A program made the translations under genes and the position numbers. 64,000 bases of DNA, from the NCBI GenBank assembly GCA_964582865.1, contig CAZOUA010000009.1, positions 1,341-65,340 on the forward strand. The letters run 5' to 3'. The notes under the pieces were generated by a model. That model did not search any database. It saw only the letters and a program-made list of their open reading frames with translations, and had not been told where the DNA came from. The DNA is from an uncultured Nitrospira sp. GTDB lineage: Bacteria; Nitrospirota; Nitrospiria; Nitrospirales; Nitrospiraceae. Shown one piece after another: positions 45,269-53,951 of the stretch (position 1 is its first letter; each line of letters starts with the position of its first letter).

Positions 45269-47095
45269 ATGCCGCCTGCGATTTTGTTCAGTTGCGAGTC
45301 CATCAGCAAAAGCTACGGCGTGAAGCCCTTGTTCAGCGACCTGTCGCTCGGCTTGTTCGAAGGCGATCGCGTCGGCCTGCTCGGTCCCAACGGTTCAGGC
45401 AAATCGACTCTGCTGAAAATTTTGGCGGGCCTTGAAACCCCGGATAGCGGAACCAGATCCGTGCGCCGCCAACTCCGTATCGGTTATGTGCCGCAAGAAC
45501 CGGCTTTCGACAAGGACCACAGCGTTGAAGAGACGCTCGCTCAGGTCTTGATCGAAGAGGGGCTCGATCATCACGAACATGGAGGCCGGATCGCCAAGGC
45601 CCTCAGCCTCGGCGAGTTTCCACAGGCCGACCAATCCACCGCGACGCTCTCCGGTGGCTGGAAGAAACGACTGGCTATCGTCCGCTCGCTGATGCTGGAG
45701 CCGGATGTTCTGCTGATGGACGAGCCCACGAACCACTTGGATCTTGAGGGCATTCTCTGGCTGGAAGAGGTCCTGAAAACCGAGGCCCGCGCGTTCTTGG
45801 TTGTCAGCCACGACCGGCGGTTCTTGGAGTCCGTGGCCACGCGCATGATTGAACTGAACCGTTGCTATCCCTCCGGCGTGTTCGAAACGAAAGGCCGCTA
45901 CAGCGATTTCCTGGAGCAGCGCGACCTGGCACTGCAGACGCAAGCCGAATATCAAGCCTCCCTCGCCAATCGTGTCCGTCGTGAAGTGGAATGGCTCCGG
46001 CGCGGCCCCAAAGCGAGAACGACGAAAGCCAAAGCCAGAATCGACAGCGCCGGAGGTATGATCGACGAGTTGAAAAGTATCGAGTCTCGACGGGAGCAGG
46101 GAGCGGTCGGCATCGACTTCGCATCGTCAGGACGACGGTCGAAGCAGCTGGTCGTCGCCACCGGCGTCAACAAATCATTGGGGGGCAAACCGATCGTCAC
46201 GAACCTTGAGTTGCTGCTCGGCCCAGGTCAGCGGCTCGGCCTGCTCGGCCCCAACGGTAGCGGGAAAACCACGCTGCTCAAATTGCTGGCCGGTACGTTG
46301 AAACCCGATCGCGGCACGATTACACAGGCCGAGAAGCTGCGGGTCGTAACTTTTGAACAGCATCGAGAATCGCTCAATCAGACCTCCTCGCTTCGCCGCG
46401 CCCTCGCCCCCTCGGGCGGCGACGGCGTGGTGTATCAAGACCGGTCCATCCATATTGTGTCCTGGGCCAAGCGATTTCTCTTCCGGCCGGAACAACTCGA
46501 CTTGCCGGTCTCCCGCTTATCCGGCGGCGAACAGGCCAGGCTGCTCATCGCCAGGCTCATGCTGCAACCGGCCGACCTGTTGATTCTCGACGAGCCGACA
46601 AACGACTTGGACATTCCCACGCTCGATGTCTTGGAAGATAATCTGTTGGAATTCCCCGGAGCGCTGGTGCTGGTGACACACGACCGATGGCTGCTCGACC
46701 GCGTTTCCACGATGCTGCTGGCCTTGGATGGTCAGGGCCACGCAGAATGGTTCGCCGACTATGCGCAATGGGAAGCGGCGCAGAAGCGCAACGGTTCATC
46801 GACCTCGTCCGGGAAGTCCCGCCCGGAATCCCCTGCCCCCGCCAACGCACGATCCACGCCCAAACGAAAAGGCCTGCCCTATCAAGATCAGCGCGAATGG
46901 GACAAGATTGAAGGAAACATCGTGAAGGCCGAGGCGGCGCTCGCCGCATGCCGGGCAGCCGTCAACGACCCGGCGATCGCTTCCGATGCCGAGGCCCTCC
47001 GTACGGGCTATGCTGCGCTCGAAACCGCAGAGGCTGCCGTCGAACGACTCTACACTCGGTGGGCTGAACTGGAAGAAAAACGCACGAAGCTGTGA
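45269..47095 (+). CDS. ABC-F family ATPase (second paralog, Uup-like layout)
   Basis: 608 aa. Two Walker A motifs (GPNGSGKST, GPNGSGKTT), two signatures (LSGGWKKR, LSGGEQAR), two Walker B motifs and a C-terminal coiled coil. Confidence 0.92.
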   Translation: MPPAILFSCESISKSYGVKPLFSDLSLGLFEGDRVGLLGPNGSGKSTLLKILAGLETPDSGTRSVRRQLRIGYVPQEPAFDKDHSVEETLAQVLIEEGLDHHEHGGRIAKALSLGEFPQADQSTATLSGGWKKRLAIVRSLMLEPDVLLMDEPTNHLDLEGILWLEEVLKTEARAFLVVSHDRRFLESVATRMIELNRCYPSGVFETKGRYSDFLEQRDLALQTQAEYQASLANRVRREVEWLRRGPKARTTKAKARIDSAGGMIDELKSIESRREQGAVGIDFASSGRRSKQLVVATGVNKSLGGKPIVTNLELLLGPGQRLGLLGPNGSGKTTLLKLLAGTLKPDRGTITQAEKLRVVTFEQHRESLNQTSSLRRALAPSGGDGVVYQDRSIHIVSWAKRFLFRPEQLDLPVSRLSGGEQARLLIARLMLQPADLLILDEPTNDLDIPTLDVLEDNLLEFPGALVLVTHDRWLLDRVSTMLLALDGQGHAEWFADYAQWEAAQKRNGSSTSSGKSRPESPAPANARSTPKRKGLPYQDQREWDKIEGNIVKAEAALAACRAAVNDPAIASDAEALRTGYAALETAEAAVERLYTRWAELEEKRTKL

Positions 47096-47120
47096 CCGAT
47101 TCCACCCGCCGCCGGTGCGA

Positions 47121-47771
47121 TCACCGAACCCAGGGAGGCGGCGCGCTTGTGGGAGGCGGCGTCAGACGCTCAAGCGTTCCAGGCGGCCGCTTCGACGGAT
47201 CTGCAGGAAATACCATGCCTGTTGGCTCAACATCCTGCTTGAGCCGAACCACGAGGCCGCCCATCACATCCCAGCGTCGGAAGTTCGTGCGCGAGGCGCG
47301 GGGGTGCTGGTTGTGGCATTCGACGCACGACTGCACGAGGGCCAAGTCCGCGGACACGGCTTTGAACTGATCCCCGTCCATGAAGCTCACGAAGCCTCGC
47401 TGCCGATCTTTCTCTAATTGAATCAGCGCCTCCGTCTCGGCGGCCGTCTTAGGACGATTCGCCGGATTCAGCGGCGTCAAGCCGATCAGCCCGATCTCGA
47501 ACCCCTCGATCTGTCCGACCGCCTCCTTTACAAACTGCGCAGGGAGGGGAATGAAATGCGCGTCCTTTTTCCAATCCTCCTGCGGCGTGGTCCCGCCGGC
47601 TCTCGTGTGTTCGACGACTTGGAGCACATAGGCCGTCCGGAAAGCCTTCACCACTTCGAGAATGTACCGAGCCGTCTGTTCGAATGACGGTTCGGCCATG
47701 GTCGCAGTTCCCCCGAGCATGACGAGAAGACCGGAAAAACCCAGACCAACAACGATGTGTCGTGTACGCAT
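47121..47771 (-). CDS. DUF3365 (Tll0287-like) c-type heme protein, second paralog
   Basis: 216 aa. Signal peptide, heme-c site CVECH and the same domain layout as 38525..39118, plus a Pro-rich C-terminal tail. Confidence 0.8.
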   Translation of the reverse strand: MRTRHIVVGLGFSGLLVMLGGTATMAEPSFEQTARYILEVVKAFRTAYVLQVVEHTRAGGTTPQEDWKKDAHFIPLPAQFVKEAVGQIEGFEIGLIGLTPLNPANRPKTAAETEALIQLEKDRQRGFVSFMDGDQFKAVSADLALVQSCVECHNQHPRASRTNFRRWDVMGGLVVRLKQDVEPTGMVFPADPSKRPPGTLERLTPPPTSAPPPWVR

Positions 47772-47904
47772 GGAATCCCCTCTACATCAATGGAGCGAAT
47801 GGTCCGGCCGGAACGGAATGGAGCCTACCCGATTGAAACTTCACCCGTCAACGCTCGGTGCGATCGTCCGCCGCAACATCCCGTGAAATGGAAACGAACG
47901 GCCT

Positions 47905-47932
47905 TTGAGAGGCCGGGTAATCCGTGTAGAAT
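47905..47932 (+). promoter_or_regulatory. candidate sigma70 promoter giving a leaderless mltC transcript
   Basis: TTGAGA (47905-10) - 16 nt - TAGAAT (47927-32). The ATG at 47939 lies 7 nt after the -10 box and has no SD. Confidence 0.4.
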
Positions 47933-47938
47933 GCCGCA

Positions 47939-49186
47939 ATGCATTCTCCCGCGAAGCTTCTGGTTACCCTTGCCGTCGGAGCCCTCGCACTCACCTGGGG
48001 ATGCGAGACGACCGATCGCCTGCTCACCGGAGCGGAACGGGCCGTTTCAAGCCGGACCGGCCAAACCGTCATCGATCTGGCCGGAGGGAAAAGCCCCTCG
48101 GATATCGCTAAAAGACGCCTCGACCAATATGCCCGCAACCCCGAATCGCTGCTGAAAGATCTGCGCGCCGCCCAGCGAGATTTCCAAGCGCTCTACGAAG
48201 CCCTCGGCGGCAAGGTCGGCGAGAAATGGGGCAAGAAGGAAGTCAAACTGCCTGAGCAGAAAAAGTACGTGAAGTACACCCAGAACTACCGCAGCCGCGC
48301 GATCGTCGACTTCGACAAGGGTGATATTCTCGTCGAAACGGTCGACGATCAAGATCCCCGTCGCAGCCTGAAAAACGCCGTCGTGACGACACTCTTGACG
48401 CCTCAAGATCCCCGGGCCGTCGACTTGTTTTCGGACAAGGAAATCGTCCTGACCGGGGACAAGGAACCCTACCTCCTGGGATTGGTCCTCGACCAGCAGG
48501 GCAAAGCGATTCGATCGCCGAATGAAGCGGAACCGTTCGCGGAGCATGTGCTCAACAGCAAGTCGGGCACGCGGGAGGTCGACCAGGATGGGATGAAGAA
48601 GACGGCGACCTTCGTCACGATAAAAATGGCCGCCAACCTTTCCCAGAAGCAAGCCGAGAAATACCGCCCGATGGTCGAACAGTTCGCACAACAGTACCGC
48701 ATCAGCCCAAGCCTTGTCTTCGCGATCATCCGCACGGAGAGCAATTTCAATCCTTACGCCGTGAGTTCCGCCCCGGCTTACGGATTGATGCAGCTCGTCC
48801 CGACCAGCGGCGGCAGAGAAGCGTACCGGCGAGCCAAAGGGAAAGACATCGCCCCCTCGCGCGATTACCTCTTCGACCCCGAAAACAACGTCGAACTGGG
48901 AACGGCCTATCTCAGTGTATTGACCTTCGATCAAATGGACGACGTGACCAATCTGGTGTCACGCGAATATTGCGTAATTTCCGCCTACAACACCGGCCCG
49001 CGGAACGTGTTGCGCGCCTTCTCGAAAGAAACAGTTGCCGCAGTGAACATGATCAACGGCCTTCAACCGGCCGCTGTCTATGACCAATTGCGGCAGCACC
49101 TGCCGTACCAGGAGACCCGGAACTATCTGGAAAAAGTGACGACCTTCCGGAAAGCCTTCGTGAGCGCCGGGAGTTCACCGAACTGA
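47939..49186 (+). CDS. mltC: membrane-bound lytic murein transglycosylase (MltC-like lipoprotein)
   Basis: 415 aa. Lipobox LTWGC, an N-terminal DUF3393-like region and an SLT domain (TESNFNPYAVSSAPAYGLMQLVP). Confidence 0.88.
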   Translation: MHSPAKLLVTLAVGALALTWGCETTDRLLTGAERAVSSRTGQTVIDLAGGKSPSDIAKRRLDQYARNPESLLKDLRAAQRDFQALYEALGGKVGEKWGKKEVKLPEQKKYVKYTQNYRSRAIVDFDKGDILVETVDDQDPRRSLKNAVVTTLLTPQDPRAVDLFSDKEIVLTGDKEPYLLGLVLDQQGKAIRSPNEAEPFAEHVLNSKSGTREVDQDGMKKTATFVTIKMAANLSQKQAEKYRPMVEQFAQQYRISPSLVFAIIRTESNFNPYAVSSAPAYGLMQLVPTSGGREAYRRAKGKDIAPSRDYLFDPENNVELGTAYLSVLTFDQMDDVTNLVSREYCVISAYNTGPRNVLRAFSKETVAAVNMINGLQPAAVYDQLRQHLPYQETRNYLEKVTTFRKAFVSAGSSPN

Positions 49187-49192
49187 GGCCTG

Positions 49193-49603
49193 CTAACAGG
49201 GAAGGTCGGTGGCCGGGTCACACAGCAGCGGGGGAATCACCGGAGGGCGCATGTACTTTCCGGACGTATCTTGCGCACCGAGCGCGCCATTGACCGGCGG
49301 GCCTCCCGGCATTCCTGGCAACCCCTGCCCCGCAGAACCGAATGACTTTCCACGGCTCGAACTGGGAATGGTACCGACACCGGGAACAGGCACGGCGGTG
49401 AGTCCTCCTGGCACAGCGGCGCTGCCTGTGCCGCTCAGGTCCGTCCCTGCACCGGCTTGTGAAGACGGCGGAGCCGGCTGGTTCTGTATGCTTGGAGCAG
49501 AAGGCGGAGTTTGGGCAAATCCTGAAAGCGCCGCCAGCATCACACCCGCCGAGAGGCCGGCAACAAGAATCCGCCGGATAACCATGCGACTTTTCCCTTT
49601 CAT
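49193..49603 (-). CDS. secreted Pro/Gly/Ser-rich hypothetical protein
   Basis: 136 aa from the ATG at 49603, which overlaps the monooxygenase stop (ATGA). Signal peptide and low-complexity body. Ends CDPATDLPC. Confidence 0.5.
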   Translation of the reverse strand: MKGKSRMVIRRILVAGLSAGVMLAALSGFAQTPPSAPSIQNQPAPPSSQAGAGTDLSGTGSAAVPGGLTAVPVPGVGTIPSSSRGKSFGSAGQGLPGMPGGPPVNGALGAQDTSGKYMRPPVIPPLLCDPATDLPC

Positions 49604-50829
49604 GAGATGGCCGGAGTCCGCACATGCTCGGGACGAAACCCAAGACCGATCATTCGGGAAGGAATCCGGCGCAGGAACGGAACGTACGCCAGCATTTTGA
49701 ACGCCCAGGGAGGCGACAATGGTCCTGTCACGCCCAGCACCTGCTTGATGACACGATTCTGAACCGCGAGCTGAACCCGCTGCGTCATCTTCGTCGGCCA
49801 TTCACGCCGAGCCTGCACCTTCCGCAAATCCTCTGTCACCAGCCGCTTCTCTCTCAGCGGAAGAGCCAGCTGATTGGCAGCGGCCACGGCATCTTGAATT
49901 GCCAGATTGATCCCCACTCCACCGACCGGCGACATGGCATGCGCGGCGTCACCGATACAGAGCAGCCCTTCCCGATACCACCGGCGCAGCCGATCGACCT
50001 GAACCGTCAACAGCTTGATCGGCTCCCAGTCGTGAAGTTCATGAACCCGGTCTGCCGCAAACGACGCCAAGCGCGCCACGCTCTCACGGAATGCCGGCAT
50101 CCCTTCCGCTTCGAGTCGCGCACGCGACCCTTTGGCGATCACGAAACCGCATTGCCAGTAGTCGCCACGGTTCAACATGATGAAAATGCGCCCGGCGTCG
50201 AAACGGCCCATCGGGTCAACCGGATCGCTGGGCCGGCGCGAGAGCCGAAACCAGAGCACGTCCATCGGTGCGCCGAATTCCTCGATGGTGAATCCCGCTT
50301 TTGCCCGGACGACCGAATGCCGCCCGTCGGCGCCCACGACCAGGTCTGTCCGGACTTCCAACGGGCCGCCCGCCGTGTCGGCACGGAGCCCGACAATCCG
50401 GCCAGCCTCTTCGATGAGACCGGTGACTTCGGCACTCATGCGGAGCTGAAAGGCCGGATACCGTCGCCCCTCCTGGGCAAGGAAGTTGAGAAAGTCCCAT
50501 TGCGGCATGAAGGCGACAAAGCCGCAGTGCGTCGGCAAGGTCGAGAAGTCCGCTATCGTAGCCTCCATGCCGCCGAACCGGCCGTTCAAGCGCGGGACTT
50601 TTTGATGAGGCAGGGCCAGGAAGCGCTCGAGCACGCCCAGCTCGTGCATGATTTCAAGCGTGGAAGGATGGAGTGTGTCCCCCCGGAAATCCCTGAAGAA
50701 ATCAGCATGCTTCTCTAACACCAGCACCGACACGCCCGCGCGAGCCAACAAGAGGCCCAGCATCATGCCGGCCGGGCCGCCCCCCGCAATGCAACAACGC
50801 GCGGAAGCCGTTATCGCATCCATTTCCAT
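49600..50829 (-). CDS. FAD-dependent monooxygenase (UbiH/PheA-TfdB-type fold)
   Basis: 409 aa. GxGxxG CCIAGGGPAGMMLGLLL, DG motif (VVGADGRHS), and GDAAHAMSPVGGVGINLAIQDA. Confidence 0.9.
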   Translation of the reverse strand: MEMDAITASARCCIAGGGPAGMMLGLLLARAGVSVLVLEKHADFFRDFRGDTLHPSTLEIMHELGVLERFLALPHQKVPRLNGRFGGMEATIADFSTLPTHCGFVAFMPQWDFLNFLAQEGRRYPAFQLRMSAEVTGLIEEAGRIVGLRADTAGGPLEVRTDLVVGADGRHSVVRAKAGFTIEEFGAPMDVLWFRLSRRPSDPVDPMGRFDAGRIFIMLNRGDYWQCGFVIAKGSRARLEAEGMPAFRESVARLASFAADRVHELHDWEPIKLLTVQVDRLRRWYREGLLCIGDAAHAMSPVGGVGINLAIQDAVAAANQLALPLREKRLVTEDLRKVQARREWPTKMTQRVQLAVQNRVIKQVLGVTGPLSPPWAFKMLAYVPFLRRIPSRMIGLGFRPEHVRTPAIS

Positions 50830-50957
50830 CCCTTGAACAACATGCGCATCCCGAAAAGGCTACGCTTTACTTTGGAATGAGGCAAGGGGGTGCCGCAGAA
50901 ACCGGAGCAAGAAGGTATCGACAATGGGTTCGGAGTTTTCGCGGAACAGCATGCACG

Positions 50958-51308
50958 CTAGGGGATGGTCTTGCTGATCTGATTCGAAGGGCTGCTTTCG
51001 TTGCCGGACGTATCGAACGCCTTGACCACAAAATAGTAGGTGGTGCCCTTGGTCAGATTGGTCGCCTGATAACTGGTCGTTGAGGGAGGGATATTGTCCT
51101 TGATCAGTGTGCCTAATGAGTTGGACGACGTCGATTGATAGATTCGATACCCGGCCAGGTCGCTGTCGGTGACAGGGTCCCACTGAAACGAGACCGAAGC
51201 CGTGGGAGCCGCCGAGGATGAGGAAGCGCTCCCCCCGTCTCCCCCTCCGGAACAACCGGCCAGGAACAGCATACAGCCAATCGCGAGCACGAAACGGGTC
51301 ACCCTCAT
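50958..51308 (-). CDS. lipoprotein with a fibronectin type III domain
   Basis: 116 aa from the ATG at 51308. Lipobox LFLAGC, Ser-rich linker, FN3 pattern (W.PVTDSDLAGYRIY...YYFVVKAFDTSGNES). Confidence 0.75.
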   Translation of the reverse strand: MRVTRFVLAIGCMLFLAGCSGGGDGGSASSSSAAPTASVSFQWDPVTDSDLAGYRIYQSTSSNSLGTLIKDNIPPSTTSYQATNLTKGTTYYFVVKAFDTSGNESSPSNQISKTIP

Positions 51309-51495
51309 TATCTGGCCCCCTTGCAAGCAACCACCGAGGTGCCGAACAGTGCAATGGCAATGCCCGAGCTTCTCAATAAAGTTCCTTGGAAAGTCCGTGC
51401 GTTACCCGTGAGATGTCTCATCGGATCTGTGCAATTTCCGACAAACTGGAGCCGGCGGCATACGAGAAACATTTCCGGGGCAAGCATCGAACAGG

Positions 51496-52095
51496 TCATG
51501 TCCCGGGCTTGTGGCATGGATCGCAAGCCGCATCACGGAGCTCGTAGTCTGCAATCCCTCCCCGGCGGTCCAGCTGAATCAGGCAACATTCGTCGAGCAG
51601 TTGTTTGAGTTGCCTGCGGCCTCGCTGCACACGGGACTTCATCCCCGATGGGGAGAGCCCGAGGCGCTTGGCCGCCGCCTGCCGGGTAAGGCCTTCAAGC
51701 TCTACGAGCACCACTGCGTCCCGATAGTCTTTCGACAGTCGATTCAGCATTGGTCGAAGACAGGCGGCCAGCTCCGCTCGGAGCTGGCCGGATTCGCTGG
51801 ACATCGTCCTGTGCGTTGAAGGGAGAAGAGCCGAGTCCAGGTCAGCCCCGAGACCGATCGTCACCTCGCGCGTACGTGCCGGCGCGCGGTAATAATCGAT
51901 GATGGCATGCCGGGTGATTTGATAGATCCAGGGCACGACCTTATTCGGATCCTTGAGGCTGCCGAGCTTTCGGTGCATCCGCAGAAAGGTTTCTTGAAGG
52001 ATGTCGTCCGCTTCAGCCTCATCAGCCACACGCTTTGCGATGAACGCCCGAAGGCCTTGATGTACTTCCCGCCAAATCTCAGTCGTGTCGTTCAT
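51496..52095 (-). CDS. ECF-type sigma-70 family factor with Cys-rich C-terminal tail (SigZ-like)
   Basis: 199 aa. Region 2 (DDILQETFLRMHRKL, WIYQITRHAIIDYYR) and region 4 (LTRQAAAKRLGLSPSGMKSRVQRGRRQL), then a CC..x..C..C tail. Confidence 0.9.
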   Translation of the reverse strand: MNDTTEIWREVHQGLRAFIAKRVADEAEADDILQETFLRMHRKLGSLKDPNKVVPWIYQITRHAIIDYYRAPARTREVTIGLGADLDSALLPSTHRTMSSESGQLRAELAACLRPMLNRLSKDYRDAVVLVELEGLTRQAAAKRLGLSPSGMKSRVQRGRRQLKQLLDECCLIQLDRRGGIADYELRDAACDPCHKPGT

Positions 52096-52127
52096 AGCTG
52101 GTTCCTTCGAGTGTACTCTCGTCTCGC

Positions 52128-52246
52128 GGGATGTTCAAAAAGGTTCTTGAGCAAGGCCGCAGCGGGCAAACGGCCGAAGCGTACGTGTTGTTGTGCGGTG
52201 AAGCCTTGCGCGATGCGAGCACGACGCTCGAGGCCTTTTTCAACAT
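52128..52246. repeat. repeat copy A (about 119 nt) with 13-nt terminal inverted repeats
   Basis: atgttcaaaaagg (52131-43) versus cctttttcaacat (52234-46), 12 of 13 complementary. Its left part is about 77% identical (46 of 60 columns, hand alignment) to 52886..52944. Confidence 0.6.
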
Positions 52247-52689
52247 CGCGCTCCGCAAGTGGCCGGTTCGGACGACCCTGCATGTTTCGGAACACAGCAT
52301 CCGCTCTTCGAAAGCGGTCCGTCGACCGGCAACTGTTCATGCACCAAAAAGACTTCCCACGCATTGCCGTCCGGATCGGCAAACCAGAGTTTGTCTTGCC
52401 GGGCAAAGCAACAGGCCTGGTTTTTCTCGACCCGCTCAAGAATGCCTTGTTCGGTTAACTGCTGCTTCCACCGATCGATTTCTTCGATTGATTCGACCTC
52501 GATCCCGAAATGGTTCACCGAACTGATCCTGCCGGTGGAGGAAACCAGCGAAAGATTCAGCGGCGGAACGGTCAGGTCGAACTTGGCATAGTCCACCGTC
52601 TGCTTTTGCGGCCGTACGCCGAAGACATGCTCATAAAAGGCGACGGACCTCGACACATTGCGGACATCGAGTGAGATATGAGGACGCAT
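52240..52689 (-). CDS. ArsI/CadI-family VOC (glyoxalase-fold) metalloenzyme
   Basis: 149 aa from the ATG at 52689 (AAAGGAG SD). VNHFGIEVES, the vicinal-Cys motif ACCFARQDKLWFADPDGNAWE and a Cys-rich tail closely resemble the ArsI C-As lyase / CadI. Confidence 0.88.
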   Translation of the reverse strand: MRPHISLDVRNVSRSVAFYEHVFGVRPQKQTVDYAKFDLTVPPLNLSLVSSTGRISSVNHFGIEVESIEEIDRWKQQLTEQGILERVEKNQACCFARQDKLWFADPDGNAWEVFLVHEQLPVDGPLSKSGCCVPKHAGSSEPATCGARC

Positions 52690-52885
52690 GGGGAACTCCT
52701 TTCTTAAGAGGCGGCGGGTCATTCCGCGCTCACTTCTATAGACGGAGTTCGACCAAAAAGGACGCACGCTCTAAAATGCGCGGCTCCCTAACGAGCCATT
52801 CCCCGAAAAGAAGGATATCGTAAGCGGCGACAAGCAGGGCGAGATCACCCCTAACGGAGACAACTCGACCGTTGCTCTTTCACAT

Positions 52886-53066
52886 GGGGTATTCAAAAAG
52901 GCCGGTCAGCAAGGCCGCAGCGAGCGAAGGGACGAAGAGGTACATACCAAGCTTCGCTTGAACCGCTCGCTTCGATCACATGCGAGCGGATAGATACGTT
53001 GCCTCTCGTTAGCCTCCCCCTACGTTGAGCCTCTCAGCGACGCGAGAACGATACTTGGTGAAAGGC
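52886..53066. repeat. repeat copy B (diverged, with an internal insertion of about 75 nt)
   Basis: Left part 52886..52944 shares ttcaaaaagg and the 15-mer agcaaggccgcagcg with copy A. Right part 53021..53066 aligns more weakly (gcga[c/t]gcgag[a/c]acga). Confidence 0.5.
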
Positions 53067-53121
53067 GCGTCTCGGCGCGCCGGGGCTGGGCGGGTGAGAA
53101 GAGTGGCGTTTCAGCATCTCT

Positions 53122-53745
53122 TTACAGTTGATGGGTCAGGGCGTAGCGAATCAGGGCTGACGTGGTCTTGAGCTGGAGTTTGGAAAGCAGCCGCATGCGA
53201 TAGGTACTGATGGTCTTCACGCTGAGTGCGAGCGCTTCGGCGATTTCGGTGACCGACTTGCCGTTGCCGATCATCGACAAGACCTGGATCTCACGATCGG
53301 ACAATTGGGTATGGAGCGCCTTGCCGGCAGCTTGGGCTGGAACCGTTTCCAGCCGTTCCGCCAGGGAAGAGCTGACATACTGCCGGCCTGCCATAACGGT
53401 TTTGACCGCGGTGGCCAATTCTTCCGATGCACTGTCTTTTGTGACGTACGCTGCGGCCCCGCCCTTCAATGCCCGCAACGCATACTGCTCTTCCGGGTGA
53501 AAACTCAGGATCACGACCGGAAGAGAAGGACGGGACGCTTTCAACCGCTTCAGAATATCCAACCCGTTGGTGTCCGGAAGGTTGATGTCGAGGATTGCGA
53601 GGTCCAAGGACGTCTCTTGGGATTTCAAGATCGCCTCCTGCCCGGTCCCGGCTTCAATGACCTCGAGCTGATCGAATTCGTCGGTGAGGAGCTGTTTGAG
53701 TCCCACCCGGACAATGGCATGGTCGTCGACAAGAAGGATTTTCAT
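53122..53745 (-). CDS. NarL/FixJ-family response regulator (REC + LuxR HTH), paralog 1
   Basis: 207 aa from the ATG at 53745 (MKILLVDDH). LAILDINLPDTNG; HTH LSDREIQVLSMIGNGKSVTEIAEALALSVKTISTYR. The ORF-track start at 53814 is probably an over-extension. Confidence 0.9.
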   Translation of the reverse strand: MKILLVDDHAIVRVGLKQLLTDEFDQLEVIEAGTGQEAILKSQETSLDLAILDINLPDTNGLDILKRLKASRPSLPVVILSFHPEEQYALRALKGGAAAYVTKDSASEELATAVKTVMAGRQYVSSSLAERLETVPAQAAGKALHTQLSDREIQVLSMIGNGKSVTEIAEALALSVKTISTYRMRLLSKLQLKTTSALIRYALTHQL

Positions 53746-53951
53746 GTGCCCTTCATGACTGCTACGCTCGCGGTCCGGCAGCGGCGAACTTGGAACTGAA
53801 AATTGGGACATCATCGATGACCCCTGGAAACGAACTCCAGACAGTTTGTGTCCTATTTTGAGGGTGAAGAAAAGGGCTCCCTGTCCGACTCCGTGCGTAG
53901 GACGAATCCTACAATCTCTTCCGGCCGAACGATCGAAGAGCCCGCGCTGAG

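Noticed and set aside
48047-48934. 295-aa ORF on the - strand (and 49624..50718 on the + strand, 364 aa)
   Set aside because: They are antisense to mltC and to the FAD monooxygenase respectively, both of which have strong motifs.
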